Shown piece by piece: positions 38,300 through 46,596 of a stretch of 46,596 nt of DNA. The translations under genes and the position numbers were made by a program. Numbering within the stretch: the first letter of the stretch is position 1; the number at the start of each line of letters is the position of its first letter. Source of the stretch: Candidatus Thorarchaeota archaeon. Lineage in GTDB: Archaea; Asgardarchaeota; Thorarchaeia; Thorarchaeales; Thorarchaeaceae. Under the pieces are notes generated by a model. It made no database searches. It saw only the letters and a program-made list of their open reading frames with translations, and was not told the DNA's origin. Where the stretch lies: the NCBI GenBank assembly GCA_016933575.1, contig JAFGAR010000152.1:1-46596 (forward strand), read 5' to 3'.

Positions 38300-38371
38300 T
38301 GAATCTACCTCTGGATAACAAATTGGCAATATAGGATACGATTGGGCTTTTATCCATTATCTTAATGAATT

Positions 38372-39184
38372 CTAGAATATGTCAAGGTCTTTACCTGATA
38401 CTACTTCTCCGGAATATAGACTAGTTATCTCTTGGACCAGCTCGATTTCAGTACGATTCCACATAAGCTGATGGTATAGAACAAGTAATGAAGGCTTTAC
38501 TATATTTGCAATCTTAGCAAGCTCGTAAGTTGAAGTATGGACTGCTCTATGATATTTCTTCCATTCTTCTGAACGTTCTAAGAGACCCACAGCAGTGTAG
38601 ACCTCATGAATGAGGACATCACATCCTTTTGCATTTTCAATCAATTTAGGTGATGGTCTTGTATCTCCTGAAACTACAATGGTCTTTTCTGGTGTTGAAA
38701 ACTTGTATCCAAAGGCTTCGAGAGAACCATGGTCGACAGTAAACGCCTCAACAGCAATTTTAAGGTCTTGGTACACAATTCCTTCTGCGATTTCAACTGC
38801 GTTAACAACATAACCATCAGCTATTGCGGGTTCTAAACCACTTAATCGCTCCTCAATATCCTCTGCATAGGCTGATTTGATATACTCTGTCATCTTGTTA
38901 AGCCCTGGTGGACCATATACTTCAAGGGGCTCAATTCTCCCCGTAACTGCTGGTGTGTATATAAGATCCGGATAACCCACGGTATGATCTGAGTGTAAAT
39001 GGGTAAGAAACGCTCGTTTCAATTGTGCCATTTTAATTCCAGCCGCTGCGGCTTGCCTCACAACTCCTGGTCCAAAATCAACAATATAGACCGAATCGTC
39101 ACTTACTATTGCTACCGAAGGTCCTGATCTTTTTGGATCTGGATTTGGCGTGCCTGTTCCTAACAGAATGACACGACAGTCCAT
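38372..39184 (-). CDS. Metallo-beta-lactamase fold hydrolase (RNase Z/arylsulfatase-like)
   Basis: LLGTGTP, THLHSDH, SGDT, LIHE and HTS motifs. Confidence 0.9.
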   Translation of the reverse strand: MDCRVILLGTGTPNPDPKRSGPSVAIVSDDSVYIVDFGPGVVRQAAAAGIKMAQLKRAFLTHLHSDHTVGYPDLIYTPAVTGRIEPLEVYGPPGLNKMTEYIKSAYAEDIEERLSGLEPAIADGYVVNAVEIAEGIVYQDLKIAVEAFTVDHGSLEAFGYKFSTPEKTIVVSGDTRPSPKLIENAKGCDVLIHEVYTAVGLLERSEEWKKYHRAVHTSTYELAKIANIVKPSLLVLYHQLMWNRTEIELVQEITSLYSGEVVSGKDLDIF

Positions 39185-39222
39185 CTTTCACCCCTTCTAA
39201 GAGAATTTCACTCTAGCTACTC

Positions 39223-39690
39223 TCACAGCTCGTCTTCTGGCTTATCATTCGTACTCGAATCGAGTGCAATTAGATTGTCAAGGATTCTATGTAGGTATCT
39301 CTCAAAAATACTAATTTCCTCATCATCGAATCCGTCATAGAAGATCTTTGTCATCTCTCTTGAGAGTTTAATGTATACATTCTGAAGTTTTCGTGTTCTC
39401 TCCGTCAATTTGATTAGAATCTTCCTACGATCTTCGTCTGACTGAACTCGTGAGATATATTCTGCATTCTCCAGATTGTCCAATAGCTCACTCAATGTTG
39501 ATTTCCTTAAGAGTGTCCGCTCAACAAGATCATTAATTGGAACACCATCCTTCTGCCATAAAGCAAAGAGAATTCTTCCCTGTCCGGGACCAATATCAAT
39601 CTCGTTCTGTTTCAGTAATTCTGTGAAGACCCTTCTTCCTAAATGATGAATCTGAGTTATGAGAAAACCACCTTCTCGTTGTGACATCAT
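39223..39690 (-). CDS. MarR-family regulator
   Basis: QGRILFALW, KSTLSELLDNLE and EDRRKILIKLT. Confidence 0.9.
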   Translation of the reverse strand: MMSQREGGFLITQIHHLGRRVFTELLKQNEIDIGPGQGRILFALWQKDGVPINDLVERTLLRKSTLSELLDNLENAEYISRVQSDEDRRKILIKLTERTRKLQNVYIKLSREMTKIFYDGFDDEEISIFERYLHRILDNLIALDSSTNDKPEDEL

Positions 39691-39696
39691 ATCGCA

Positions 39697-40167
39697 TCAC
39701 CTAAGCTCCAGAGTGAATGTTTGACTTCCACTCCATCCTTTTACTCTATCTGGAAATAGACGCAGAACCGTGTGATCCGGGTCATCGTGACCAGTCAGAT
39801 AATATTTTAACCACTCAGGATGCCAGATAGACTCCTTGACATTCGAGTCCTCCACTATTTCTATGAGACCACCAAACATAGCACCTTGCCAGGTGATCGG
39901 ATCACAATAGTAAACAGAGACCGCTCTATTTTCATGAATGTCGCTAACCTTCTTCGAGGATGTATTGGTTGTAAAAAGTATCATGAAGTCTTCCTTGTGA
40001 GATTCAAATACATCGATTAATCTTGGAAAACGATCTCTGTTTCTAAGGTTGAACATCGCTCTTGTCTGTGGAAATCCTGCTTTATCCACTGATGTCAGAT
40101 ATGCTGGCCATGCAGTCTCAGTAAGATTGAGACTAAACTTTCTAATCTCTTCTTCGTTCAAAATCAC
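39697..40167 (-). CDS. Pyridoxamine 5'-phosphate oxidase-like (general stress protein 26-type) protein
   Basis: GFPQTRAM, FTTNTSSKKV and DDPDHTVLR. Confidence 0.82.
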   Translation of the reverse strand: MILNEEEIRKFSLNLTETAWPAYLTSVDKAGFPQTRAMFNLRNRDRFPRLIDVFESHKEDFMILFTTNTSSKKVSDIHENRAVSVYYCDPITWQGAMFGGLIEIVEDSNVKESIWHPEWLKYYLTGHDDPDHTVLRLFPDRVKGWSGSQTFTLELR

Positions 40168-40208
40168 TCACCCGGATTTTGTTCGAACCCTAATTGTTCG
40201 GCACCGAA

Positions 40209-40619
40209 CTATATACCTTTTGGTCCGTGCTTTCCTATAAGATCATCAAAGGATTTTCTTAGATTATGGCGCTTCACTGCTTCGGGGTCGCCTGTCTTTC
40301 TCAATTCCTCAAGATTGGTAATTGTCACTTCATCATGATTTTGCTTTACTTTAACCTCTTTGAGTACAAGCATCTCATCATGGTCCAATAATGATGTTAG
40401 TTCTGTCTGCATCTCATCATCAGTCATAATCAGTCCGAATGAAAACATCATCTGGTCTAGAAAGGTCCACAGTCTGTTCAAGGCCACACCTAGACCTGAC
40501 TCTCCATGTCCAATCTCTTGAATCGATGTATTGATGGCAGTCACAAGGTCATAAGCAGATTCCAAGATCCACTCTTTATTTGCCCACCGTATAGCTATAT
40601 CATACAGCGATTCTTCCAT
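40209..40619 (-). CDS. Hypothetical protein
   Basis: 136-aa ORF within a minus-strand gene run. Confidence 0.55.
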   Translation of the reverse strand: MEESLYDIAIRWANKEWILESAYDLVTAINTSIQEIGHGESGLGVALNRLWTFLDQMMFSFGLIMTDDEMQTELTSLLDHDEMLVLKEVKVKQNHDEVTITNLEELRKTGDPEAVKRHNLRKSFDDLIGKHGPKGI

Positions 40620-40690
40620 TAGTATCTCGTTCTGTAGTATCCATGCTTCCTAAGAAGATTATGTACAGAATGAAAGATGGGTCTTGAATC

Positions 40691-41557
40691 TCAGTTATTC
40701 TTTTCACCGCTTCTCTTATCACGCACGATGTCCATGAACTCTGGTGTTATTACTGTCACTCCTTGTTTTTTAGCAGCCTTAACAACGCCCTCAAGAACGC
40801 GTTTTAAGAAGACTCTGGGGACGCCTACCATTTTTGCAGCCGCCTCCTCAGTCCATTCCACGGTTGGATCAAATCGCTTAGCTGCATACATAACAGTATT
40901 TACATTGGTCCCCTTATCCTCCGGGATTCTAACCTTGTAGGGTCTTTTAACCTCAGCAAACCAGAAATGGATATTGTCCCTAAAACCATAATCGATTGGT
41001 AGATTTGGAATGGATTTATCATCCATACCTCTTATAATCGCATCCTTGAACTTCTTCTTAAGAAAAATCTCCTCTACTCTGAGTAAGAAATTATCACATC
41101 CAGGGATAAGCTAGTGTGGATATAATCGATCTCATGTACACTCGAATATTTGTACAGACTCCTCTACAACTTCAGGATAATTGCTACCATTACCATTATC
41201 TGGTCGCATTGATGGCATTAAGGTAAAGATACTATTGACCATCTTCTCCTCAGTTGTTTCTCCTGAAAAACCGAGGACTACACAATTCTCCATGTATCTT
41301 TTCTCATCAGGTATGAAGTTTAACGCGCACACTCCCGTTCGTTTGATATTCATCGCAGTATTACTGTCTTCTCGACATATTAGCATCATTGCATACTTGC
41401 TCTCTCTTGCAATAAGATGAGGAAAACAGAGTGAATATGGACCGAGATTTGTTTGACCTTTTTCTGCTAATGTACTTACCAATACTACTGGCACTGGAAA
41501 GAAGGAGCTCGTCTGATAGAAATTATCAAGTATTCTGATTTGTTCAAAGTCTGTCAT
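40691..41557 (-). pseudogene. Flavin-reductase-like gene interrupted by two in-frame stops
   Basis: PVVLVST..NLGPYSLCFP N-terminal part and the downstream 111-aa ORF are in the same frame, joined by FECT*DRLYPH*LIPG. Confidence 0.6.
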
Positions 41558-41754
41558 TGCGGTCTGTCCCTAGGACATATTAATGTATAATCAATGCATG
41601 ATTGATGAACTACTGTTCTTAGGTTCGCCGCCCTGAGTATCACCTAAATAAGTATCTCGAATCAATATCAATCAAAACGCGAATCTGAGATGCACATCAT
41701 CATCGGAAAAAAAAGAAGATAGGAAGCAGAACTCCTGCTTCCAGTTAGTCTGTT

Positions 41755-42702
41755 CTAACGTCTCTTGGCAACAACTGCTACTAAGAGAAGAACTACAACA
41801 GCTCCACCAATCAAGGTAAGGGTCATTGGGTCTAGTACGAACCCTGCAGATGCTGGTTCAATACCAAGAATAGGATCGTACTCAAGAGTGTCTTCACCGA
41901 AGTTCTCGAATGATAGATAGACTGCCTCTCCAGCCTCTAATCCTGTACTCTCGCCATAGCTGGCCTTGACTTGAAGTGTGTTATTAGCTGCAAGAGCCGT
42001 TTCTTCGTACTCAAAGTATCCGTTCTCGAACTGGAACATGGTACCAGTCCTATGGAAACCAGTTGGGTCACTGTCACCTTGAACCTGACCGTGATTACTC
42101 TCTGTGATGTTGAATTGAAGGACAAGAAGAGAGTCCTCATAGGTCCAGTCCCATCCATCAACGATAAGGTCGAATTTCATCTCTCCTGGTATAGATAGGT
42201 TGAGATGAACTCTCACTTCAATTGAGACGTTGAATGCATCCAAGTTTGGCAGGCTACCATAATCCATTCCTGGTCCTTCTGCACGTGGATCGAACTCTGT
42301 TGTGGTTGTGAAGTTGAAATGAACTGCAGTGACGTTTCCATCAACCTCGACTACTTCAAAACCACTAAAGTCCCATCCAGTAGTTGGCAGAGCAAAGGGA
42401 GCTCCAACCATAGTGTCAGTACCATGAGTATAGACACCATCAGCATTAGTGTCATTAGCCTCAAACATCTTCACAAACATAACATGATAGTCCACTGTTG
42501 GATTATTTGGATCCCACCAGTGAAAATGCGGAGCTTGGTTATTACCCGTAACTCTGATAGAGATATCATCTGTATTCAGCGTGACAATACCTGCTGAATA
42601 CTGATACTCTATGCTATTACCTTGGGCAGACGCAAGGGGTACGCCAATACCCACAATCAATACTGCAAAGGCAGCAAGAATAATTTTCTTGTAAGTGTCC
42701 AT
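41755..42702 (-). CDS. Secreted/cell-surface protein with C-terminal membrane anchor
   Basis: Signal peptide MDTYKKIILAAF, many N-x-T/S sequons, C-terminal TM segment plus KRR. Confidence 0.75.
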   Translation of the reverse strand: MDTYKKIILAAFAVLIVGIGVPLASAQGNSIEYQYSAGIVTLNTDDISIRVTGNNQAPHFHWWDPNNPTVDYHVMFVKMFEANDTNADGVYTHGTDTMVGAPFALPTTGWDFSGFEVVEVDGNVTAVHFNFTTTTEFDPRAEGPGMDYGSLPNLDAFNVSIEVRVHLNLSIPGEMKFDLIVDGWDWTYEDSLLVLQFNITESNHGQVQGDSDPTGFHRTGTMFQFENGYFEYEETALAANNTLQVKASYGESTGLEAGEAVYLSFENFGEDTLEYDPILGIEPASAGFVLDPMTLTLIGGAVVVLLLVAVVAKRR

Positions 42703-42851
42703 TAGATCACCAAGATATGCCATGAATTTTGTATATATAGCCAATATTGACTAGCAACAATATTTGGCTTATAAAAAGGTGTTATAATTACCATAAATTG
42801 GAAAATAAGGTTTATGAAATCTTTTAACAGTTCATAATACCTCTATTATTC

Positions 42852-44870
42852 CTATTTATTTAATAGCGTTCTTGCCTTCTGGATGACGTTCTCCACAGAG
42901 AATCCATACTTGTCAAACAGAACTGATGCAGGAGCCGATGATCCAAAGGACTCAATGCTTAGAGATGTACCTCTCTCTCCAACCCATCGCTCCCAACCCT
43001 GAGCAACTCCTGCTTCGACTGAAAGACGAAGCCTGATGTCTGGAGGTAAGACAGAGTCTCTGTATTCCTGACTCTGAGCTTTGAATAACTCCCAGCTTGG
43101 AAATGATACCAAACGTACATTGATTCCTTCTGAGAACAATCTCTCTCCTGCATCCACGATCAGACTCAATTCTGATCCTGACGCCATCAATATGATCTCT
43201 GGGTTCTCTCCAAGATCAGCAAGTACATAGGCTCCCTTCTTTGCGCCTGAAGCTAGAGCATACTTGTTGCGATCCAGAACTGGTACATTCTGACGTGTCA
43301 ATGCTAAGAGGGTTGGTCCTTCCCTATTGACAATAGCTATTTTCCATGCTTCAGTGACTTCGTTTGCGTCACCTGGCCGAATCACAATGAGATTAGGAAT
43401 AGATCTCAATGCCGCCAGGTGTTCAATAGGTTGATGCGTCGGGCCGTCTTCTCCAACTCCAATACTATCATGTGTAAAAACCCAGATGCTGTGGTGCCCT
43501 GATAACGCAGATAGGCGAATTGCTGGTCTCATATAATCAGAGAACATCAAGAAGGTAGAAGCGTATGGAATGACTCCTCCATGTGCAGCCATACCATTGA
43601 CTGCAGCTGCCATTGCATGTTCTCGAACACCATAATTCAAATTGCGTCCATTGTATGAATTCGATTGGAATCTAGGGCTTCCATCAATCCATGTCTTGTT
43701 TGAAGGAGTGAGGTCTGCAGAACCTCCAATCATCTCAGGAAGTCTGCCTGCGAGAGCATTGATTACTTTGCCGGATGCACTCCGAGTTGGTATTCCCTTA
43801 GAATCTGCTTGGAAGATTGGCAAGTCCTTATCCCAATCAATAGGGAGTTCACTTCTCATACGTCTATCCAATTCTCTTGCCAACTCTGGAAATTCCTTTG
43901 AATAGGTGTCAAATTGCTTTTGCCAATCTGACTGTATATTCATCCCATTGTGCTTGATTTCATTAAAATGTTCTAATACATCATCGGGCACAAAGAACTT
44001 GGGCTCCAATGGCCAGCCAAGTTTCTTCTTTGCTCCTTCCAGTTCTTCCTCTCCAGGAGGTTCTCCATGGGCTTTCGAGCTATCTTGCTTGTTTGGCAAT
44101 CCAAAACCAATATGGGTTCGGCACATGATAAGTGATGGACGTGGGTCTTCCTTTGCCTTACTTATAGCTCTATCTATCGCATCTATATCATTCCCATTAT
44201 CGACTCTTTGAACATGCCACCCGAATGCTTCAAATCGAGCTCCCCGGTCTTCTGTGAAAGTGAGATCTGTACTACCATCAATCGATATTAGATTATCATC
44301 ATAAAGGAGTATTATCTTTCCAAGACGTAGATGACCTGCAAGAGAAGCTGCCTCTGATGAAATTCCCTCCATTAGGTCTCCATCAGTTACAATCGCGTAG
44401 ATATGATGATTTATGATTTGATGATGATTCCTGTTGAAGACTGCTGCCAGATGCGCCTCAGCAATTGCCATTCCGACGCAATTTGCCAATCCTTGCCCTA
44501 AGGGTCCTGTTGTGACCTCTACTCCAGCTGTTAGAGGATACTCTGGATGTCCAGGAGTCTTGCTTTTCCACTGTCGAAAATCCTTCAAATCATCTAATGA
44601 TACATCATACCCCGTAAGGTGAAGAAGTGAATACAAAAGCATCGAGCCATGCCCCCCTGATAGTACGAATCTATCTCTGTCCCACCATTGGGGATCTTCA
44701 GGATTGAAGCGAAGGTGGCGAGTCCAGAGGGTATATGCCATTGCTGCTGCACCCATTGGCATGCCGGGATGTCCAGAATTCGCCTTTTGTACAGCATCTG
44801 CTGATAGAAAACGGATTGTGTTGATTGCACGTTCCTGAAGTGATGAATCTGTCATAGAGGGCTGCTCCAT
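42852..44870 (-). CDS. tkt: Transketolase (single-chain, bacterial-type)
   Basis: [34 protein letters not shown] and [15 protein letters not shown]. Confidence 0.97.
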   Translation of the reverse strand: MEQPSMTDSSLQERAINTIRFLSADAVQKANSGHPGMPMGAAAMAYTLWTRHLRFNPEDPQWWDRDRFVLSGGHGSMLLYSLLHLTGYDVSLDDLKDFRQWKSKTPGHPEYPLTAGVEVTTGPLGQGLANCVGMAIAEAHLAAVFNRNHHQIINHHIYAIVTDGDLMEGISSEAASLAGHLRLGKIILLYDDNLISIDGSTDLTFTEDRGARFEAFGWHVQRVDNGNDIDAIDRAISKAKEDPRPSLIMCRTHIGFGLPNKQDSSKAHGEPPGEEELEGAKKKLGWPLEPKFFVPDDVLEHFNEIKHNGMNIQSDWQKQFDTYSKEFPELARELDRRMRSELPIDWDKDLPIFQADSKGIPTRSASGKVINALAGRLPEMIGGSADLTPSNKTWIDGSPRFQSNSYNGRNLNYGVREHAMAAAVNGMAAHGGVIPYASTFLMFSDYMRPAIRLSALSGHHSIWVFTHDSIGVGEDGPTHQPIEHLAALRSIPNLIVIRPGDANEVTEAWKIAIVNREGPTLLALTRQNVPVLDRNKYALASGAKKGAYVLADLGENPEIILMASGSELSLIVDAGERLFSEGINVRLVSFPSWELFKAQSQEYRDSVLPPDIRLRLSVEAGVAQGWERWVGERGTSLSIESFGSSAPASVLFDKYGFSVENVIQKARTLLNK

Positions 44871-44979
44871 TGCATCTGTTTGATTTTCTTGCTGACCTTT
44901 TAATAAGGTGCCTTACTTGTCAACTTTCTTTTGGTTGTTATGATTCGCGGAACAGTCCTACCTTTCACTCTTTCGCTAC

Positions 44980-45549
44980 TCATGCTTCACCAATCTGAGT
45001 TCCAGGAGGACATTCTTCAAGGAACTCATTTCTGGTCACATCCATAATAACAAAGTCGTGAAATTTTCCCATCATATATGTTGCCTGTCTGAGAATCCCG
45101 GTTTTCTTAAAGCCTGCTTTCTCATATGCTCTCTGGGCTCTCTCATTTTCTGCCAAGGTTCTCAAAAATATGCTATTTAGTCCAAGAATATGAAAACCAA
45201 CCCAAAGCATCACCCTTGTCGTATCAGTTCCATATCCCTTTCCAAAATTCTCTGGTCTATGAATTGCGATACCAAATTCAGCGCTCTGGCTCTGTTTTGA
45301 GATGTCAAAGAAACTCACTGTCCCTAAGAACTCGCGATTCTTCTTGTCTTCGATAGCAAGCACCAATCCTCCATCTTTCCAAGGGTCCATAGTAGTAGCC
45401 CTCTCTAGCCACTGTCTTTCTGCATTTCTCGACATGGGCCATGCGGTCGCAAGAAACTGTCGCATCTCTAGATTATTCCAATTCTCCAAAATGACATCTA
45501 GATCTTCGAGCTCCAAAGCTCTAAGATGGACTTTCTCTCCAAAGTACAT
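44980..45549 (-). CDS. RimJ/RimL-family GNAT acetyltransferase
   Basis: AEFGIAI...GKGYGTD and NERAQRAYEKAGF. Confidence 0.88.
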   Translation of the reverse strand: MYFGEKVHLRALELEDLDVILENWNNLEMRQFLATAWPMSRNAERQWLERATTMDPWKDGGLVLAIEDKKNREFLGTVSFFDISKQSQSAEFGIAIHRPENFGKGYGTDTTRVMLWVGFHILGLNSIFLRTLAENERAQRAYEKAGFKKTGILRQATYMMGKFHDFVIMDVTRNEFLEECPPGTQIGEA

Positions 45550-45652
45550 AGATTGAAATTCTTCTATATCGGATAAAAATACTCCTCAAAGCCTTGTTCG
45601 ATAAACTCATTATCATCGATAATGAGCTAATATCTAAAGGAGATTACACTAC

Positions 45653-46249
45653 TTGAGTCCAAAGAAATACTACTTTGATGAACCTCTTGTTCGTGTTTCA
45701 CTCTCACGCGTGCGATTTCCAAAGATATGTCCAGTATGCGGTGCTCCATCTACAACTACGACTCGATACACAATAGAGACCGGAAGAAAACAGTATCTTC
45801 TTCGGTCATGGGATCCCTATTATGCTCCCAATGTCCGTCGAAGACAAGGCATTATTACACCAAACTTGAATGTTCTACAGATTAATGTCTGCGAGAAACA
45901 TTACTATTCAGATGAGGGAGAGTACCGTTACAAGTCACTCTGCTTAGTCACTGATGGTCTTGCAATAGCTTTCATGGTCTTCGGTCTGATGTTCATCGGT
46001 GATGCTATATCCAGAAGCCGTGCAATACCGTTCTGGGCTATGATCTTCATATATTTCTTCATTCTATCAATGATTGCATCAGCTATCGCTTTCAGGCCGA
46101 ATAAACTCCTCAGGTCAGTCCGAATTATTGGATTTGATCCAGGAATGCAATATGTTCTCCTAGCTTTTGAAAATCCATCATATCGCGAGGTTTTCTTGAA
46201 GGAGAATCCAATGAACTCAGAGCTTGTCAGCTGGGTCTTGAAAGCTTGA
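45653..46249 (+). CDS. Hypothetical membrane protein with CxxC/CxxH zinc motif
   Basis: FPKICPVCG, VCEKH, two TM segments and FENPSY. Confidence 0.7.
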   Translation: MSPKKYYFDEPLVRVSLSRVRFPKICPVCGAPSTTTTRYTIETGRKQYLLRSWDPYYAPNVRRRQGIITPNLNVLQINVCEKHYYSDEGEYRYKSLCLVTDGLAIAFMVFGLMFIGDAISRSRAIPFWAMIFIYFFILSMIASAIAFRPNKLLRSVRIIGFDPGMQYVLLAFENPSYREVFLKENPMNSELVSWVLKA

Positions 46250-46282
46250 TAATAACCGAGCGATTTCTGAAAAATAGCAATA

Positions 46283-46314
46283 AAGTACTCATGTTGCTTC
46301 TAGCATGAGTACTT
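46283..46314. terminator. Inverted repeat, possible terminator between convergent units
   Basis: AAGTACTCATG...CATGAGTACTT 11-bp arms. Confidence 0.4.
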
Positions 46315-46402
46315 CTTCGTTTGTCATACCCTGACGATTAGCCTTGTCAGTGGGTACTGTATTAGAAACATCTTGAGAGTAGCTTTCTTGGGTCATTATC
46401 AT
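46289..46402 (-). CDS. Short peptide ORF 3 (37 aa, MIMTQESY...RQGMTNEEVLMLEAT)
   Basis: ATG directly follows the previous stop codon; weak shared motif with peptides 1 and 2. Confidence 0.35.
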   Translation of the reverse strand: MIMTQESYSQDVSNTVPTDKANRQGMTNEEVLMLEAT

Positions 46403-46489
46403 CTACCTGTATGTGTATGCATGAGTGATTGCATCAGTTGAGATTCTCTTGTTTCCGTACTTTGTGTATGTTTTCTTTACTAGAGCCAT
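46403..46489 (-). CDS. Short peptide ORF 2 (28 aa, MALVKKTYTKYGNKRISTDAITHAYTYR)
   Basis: GGAGGT SD upstream; homologous to the ORF just upstream. Confidence 0.55.
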   Translation of the reverse strand: MALVKKTYTKYGNKRISTDAITHAYTYR

Positions 46490-46496
46490 TGTTGAT

Positions 46497-46596
46497 TTAC
46501 CTCCGGTATAGGTATGCGTATGCTACAGCCTCTGTGGAGAGGGGATTTCTCTTGTGCTTCTGCACGACTTCAGTTCGGTTGTTCGTTGTTAGAGCC
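46497..46596 (-). CDS. Short peptide ORF 1, truncated by the window edge (..ALTTNNRTEVVQKHKRNPLSTEAVAYAYLYRR)
   Basis: Begins GGCTCTA like the ATGGCTCTA of peptide 2; shares the C-terminal ST[ED]A[VI]xxAYxYR motif. Confidence 0.5.
   Translation of the reverse strand, partial: ALTTNNRTEVVQKHKRNPLSTEAVAYAYLYRR

Noticed and set aside
42959-44830. Short overlapping or antisense ORFs within transketolase, and similar ones inside RNR, the dehydrogenase, MFS and TFB genes
   Set aside because: They are shadows of well-supported genes, with no independent start signals or motifs.
46575-46596. GTTCGTTGTTAGAGCC as a ninth array repeat
   Set aside because: It lacks either core hairpin and is better explained as the antisense of a short peptide ORF; the downstream sequence is unavailable.

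Overview
Archaeal genomic DNA, most likely from an Asgard archaeon (Thorarchaeia-like; inferred from archaeal uL16, two TFB paralogues, a single-OB SSB, a small-GTPase-like ORF and TATA-box/GAGGT-type signals). The first ~11.2 kb is a cassette array. Eight same-orientation copies of a hairpin repeat ending in GTTGAGCCACCCTTT(T)C separate five type II toxin-antitoxin pairs, a GNAT, a flavodiiron protein, a Glu/Leu/Phe/Val dehydrogenase plus regulator, and a DUF4256-like gene. The repeat core has integron attC-like geometry. Several copies also carry a longer 5' extension that looks like a structured RNA (covarying C-UUCG-G hairpins, a possible pseudoknot). No integrase lies in the window. Two inverted copies of a 170-bp element with terminal inverted repeats also lie in this region. 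The rest is mostly housekeeping and metabolic genes: class II RNR, MFS, uL16, SSB, two TFBs, a KamA-family radical SAM enzyme, a carbamate kinase pseudogene, GNATs, an Ntn-hydrolase, MarR and transketolase. Below the ORF-track cutoff there are two paralogous Asp/Trp micropeptide genes, a tandem run of related short peptide ORFs at the right edge, and a switch-like structured leader upstream of a CARF/Csa3-like HTH regulator. All calls are from reading the sequence; no database searches were run.
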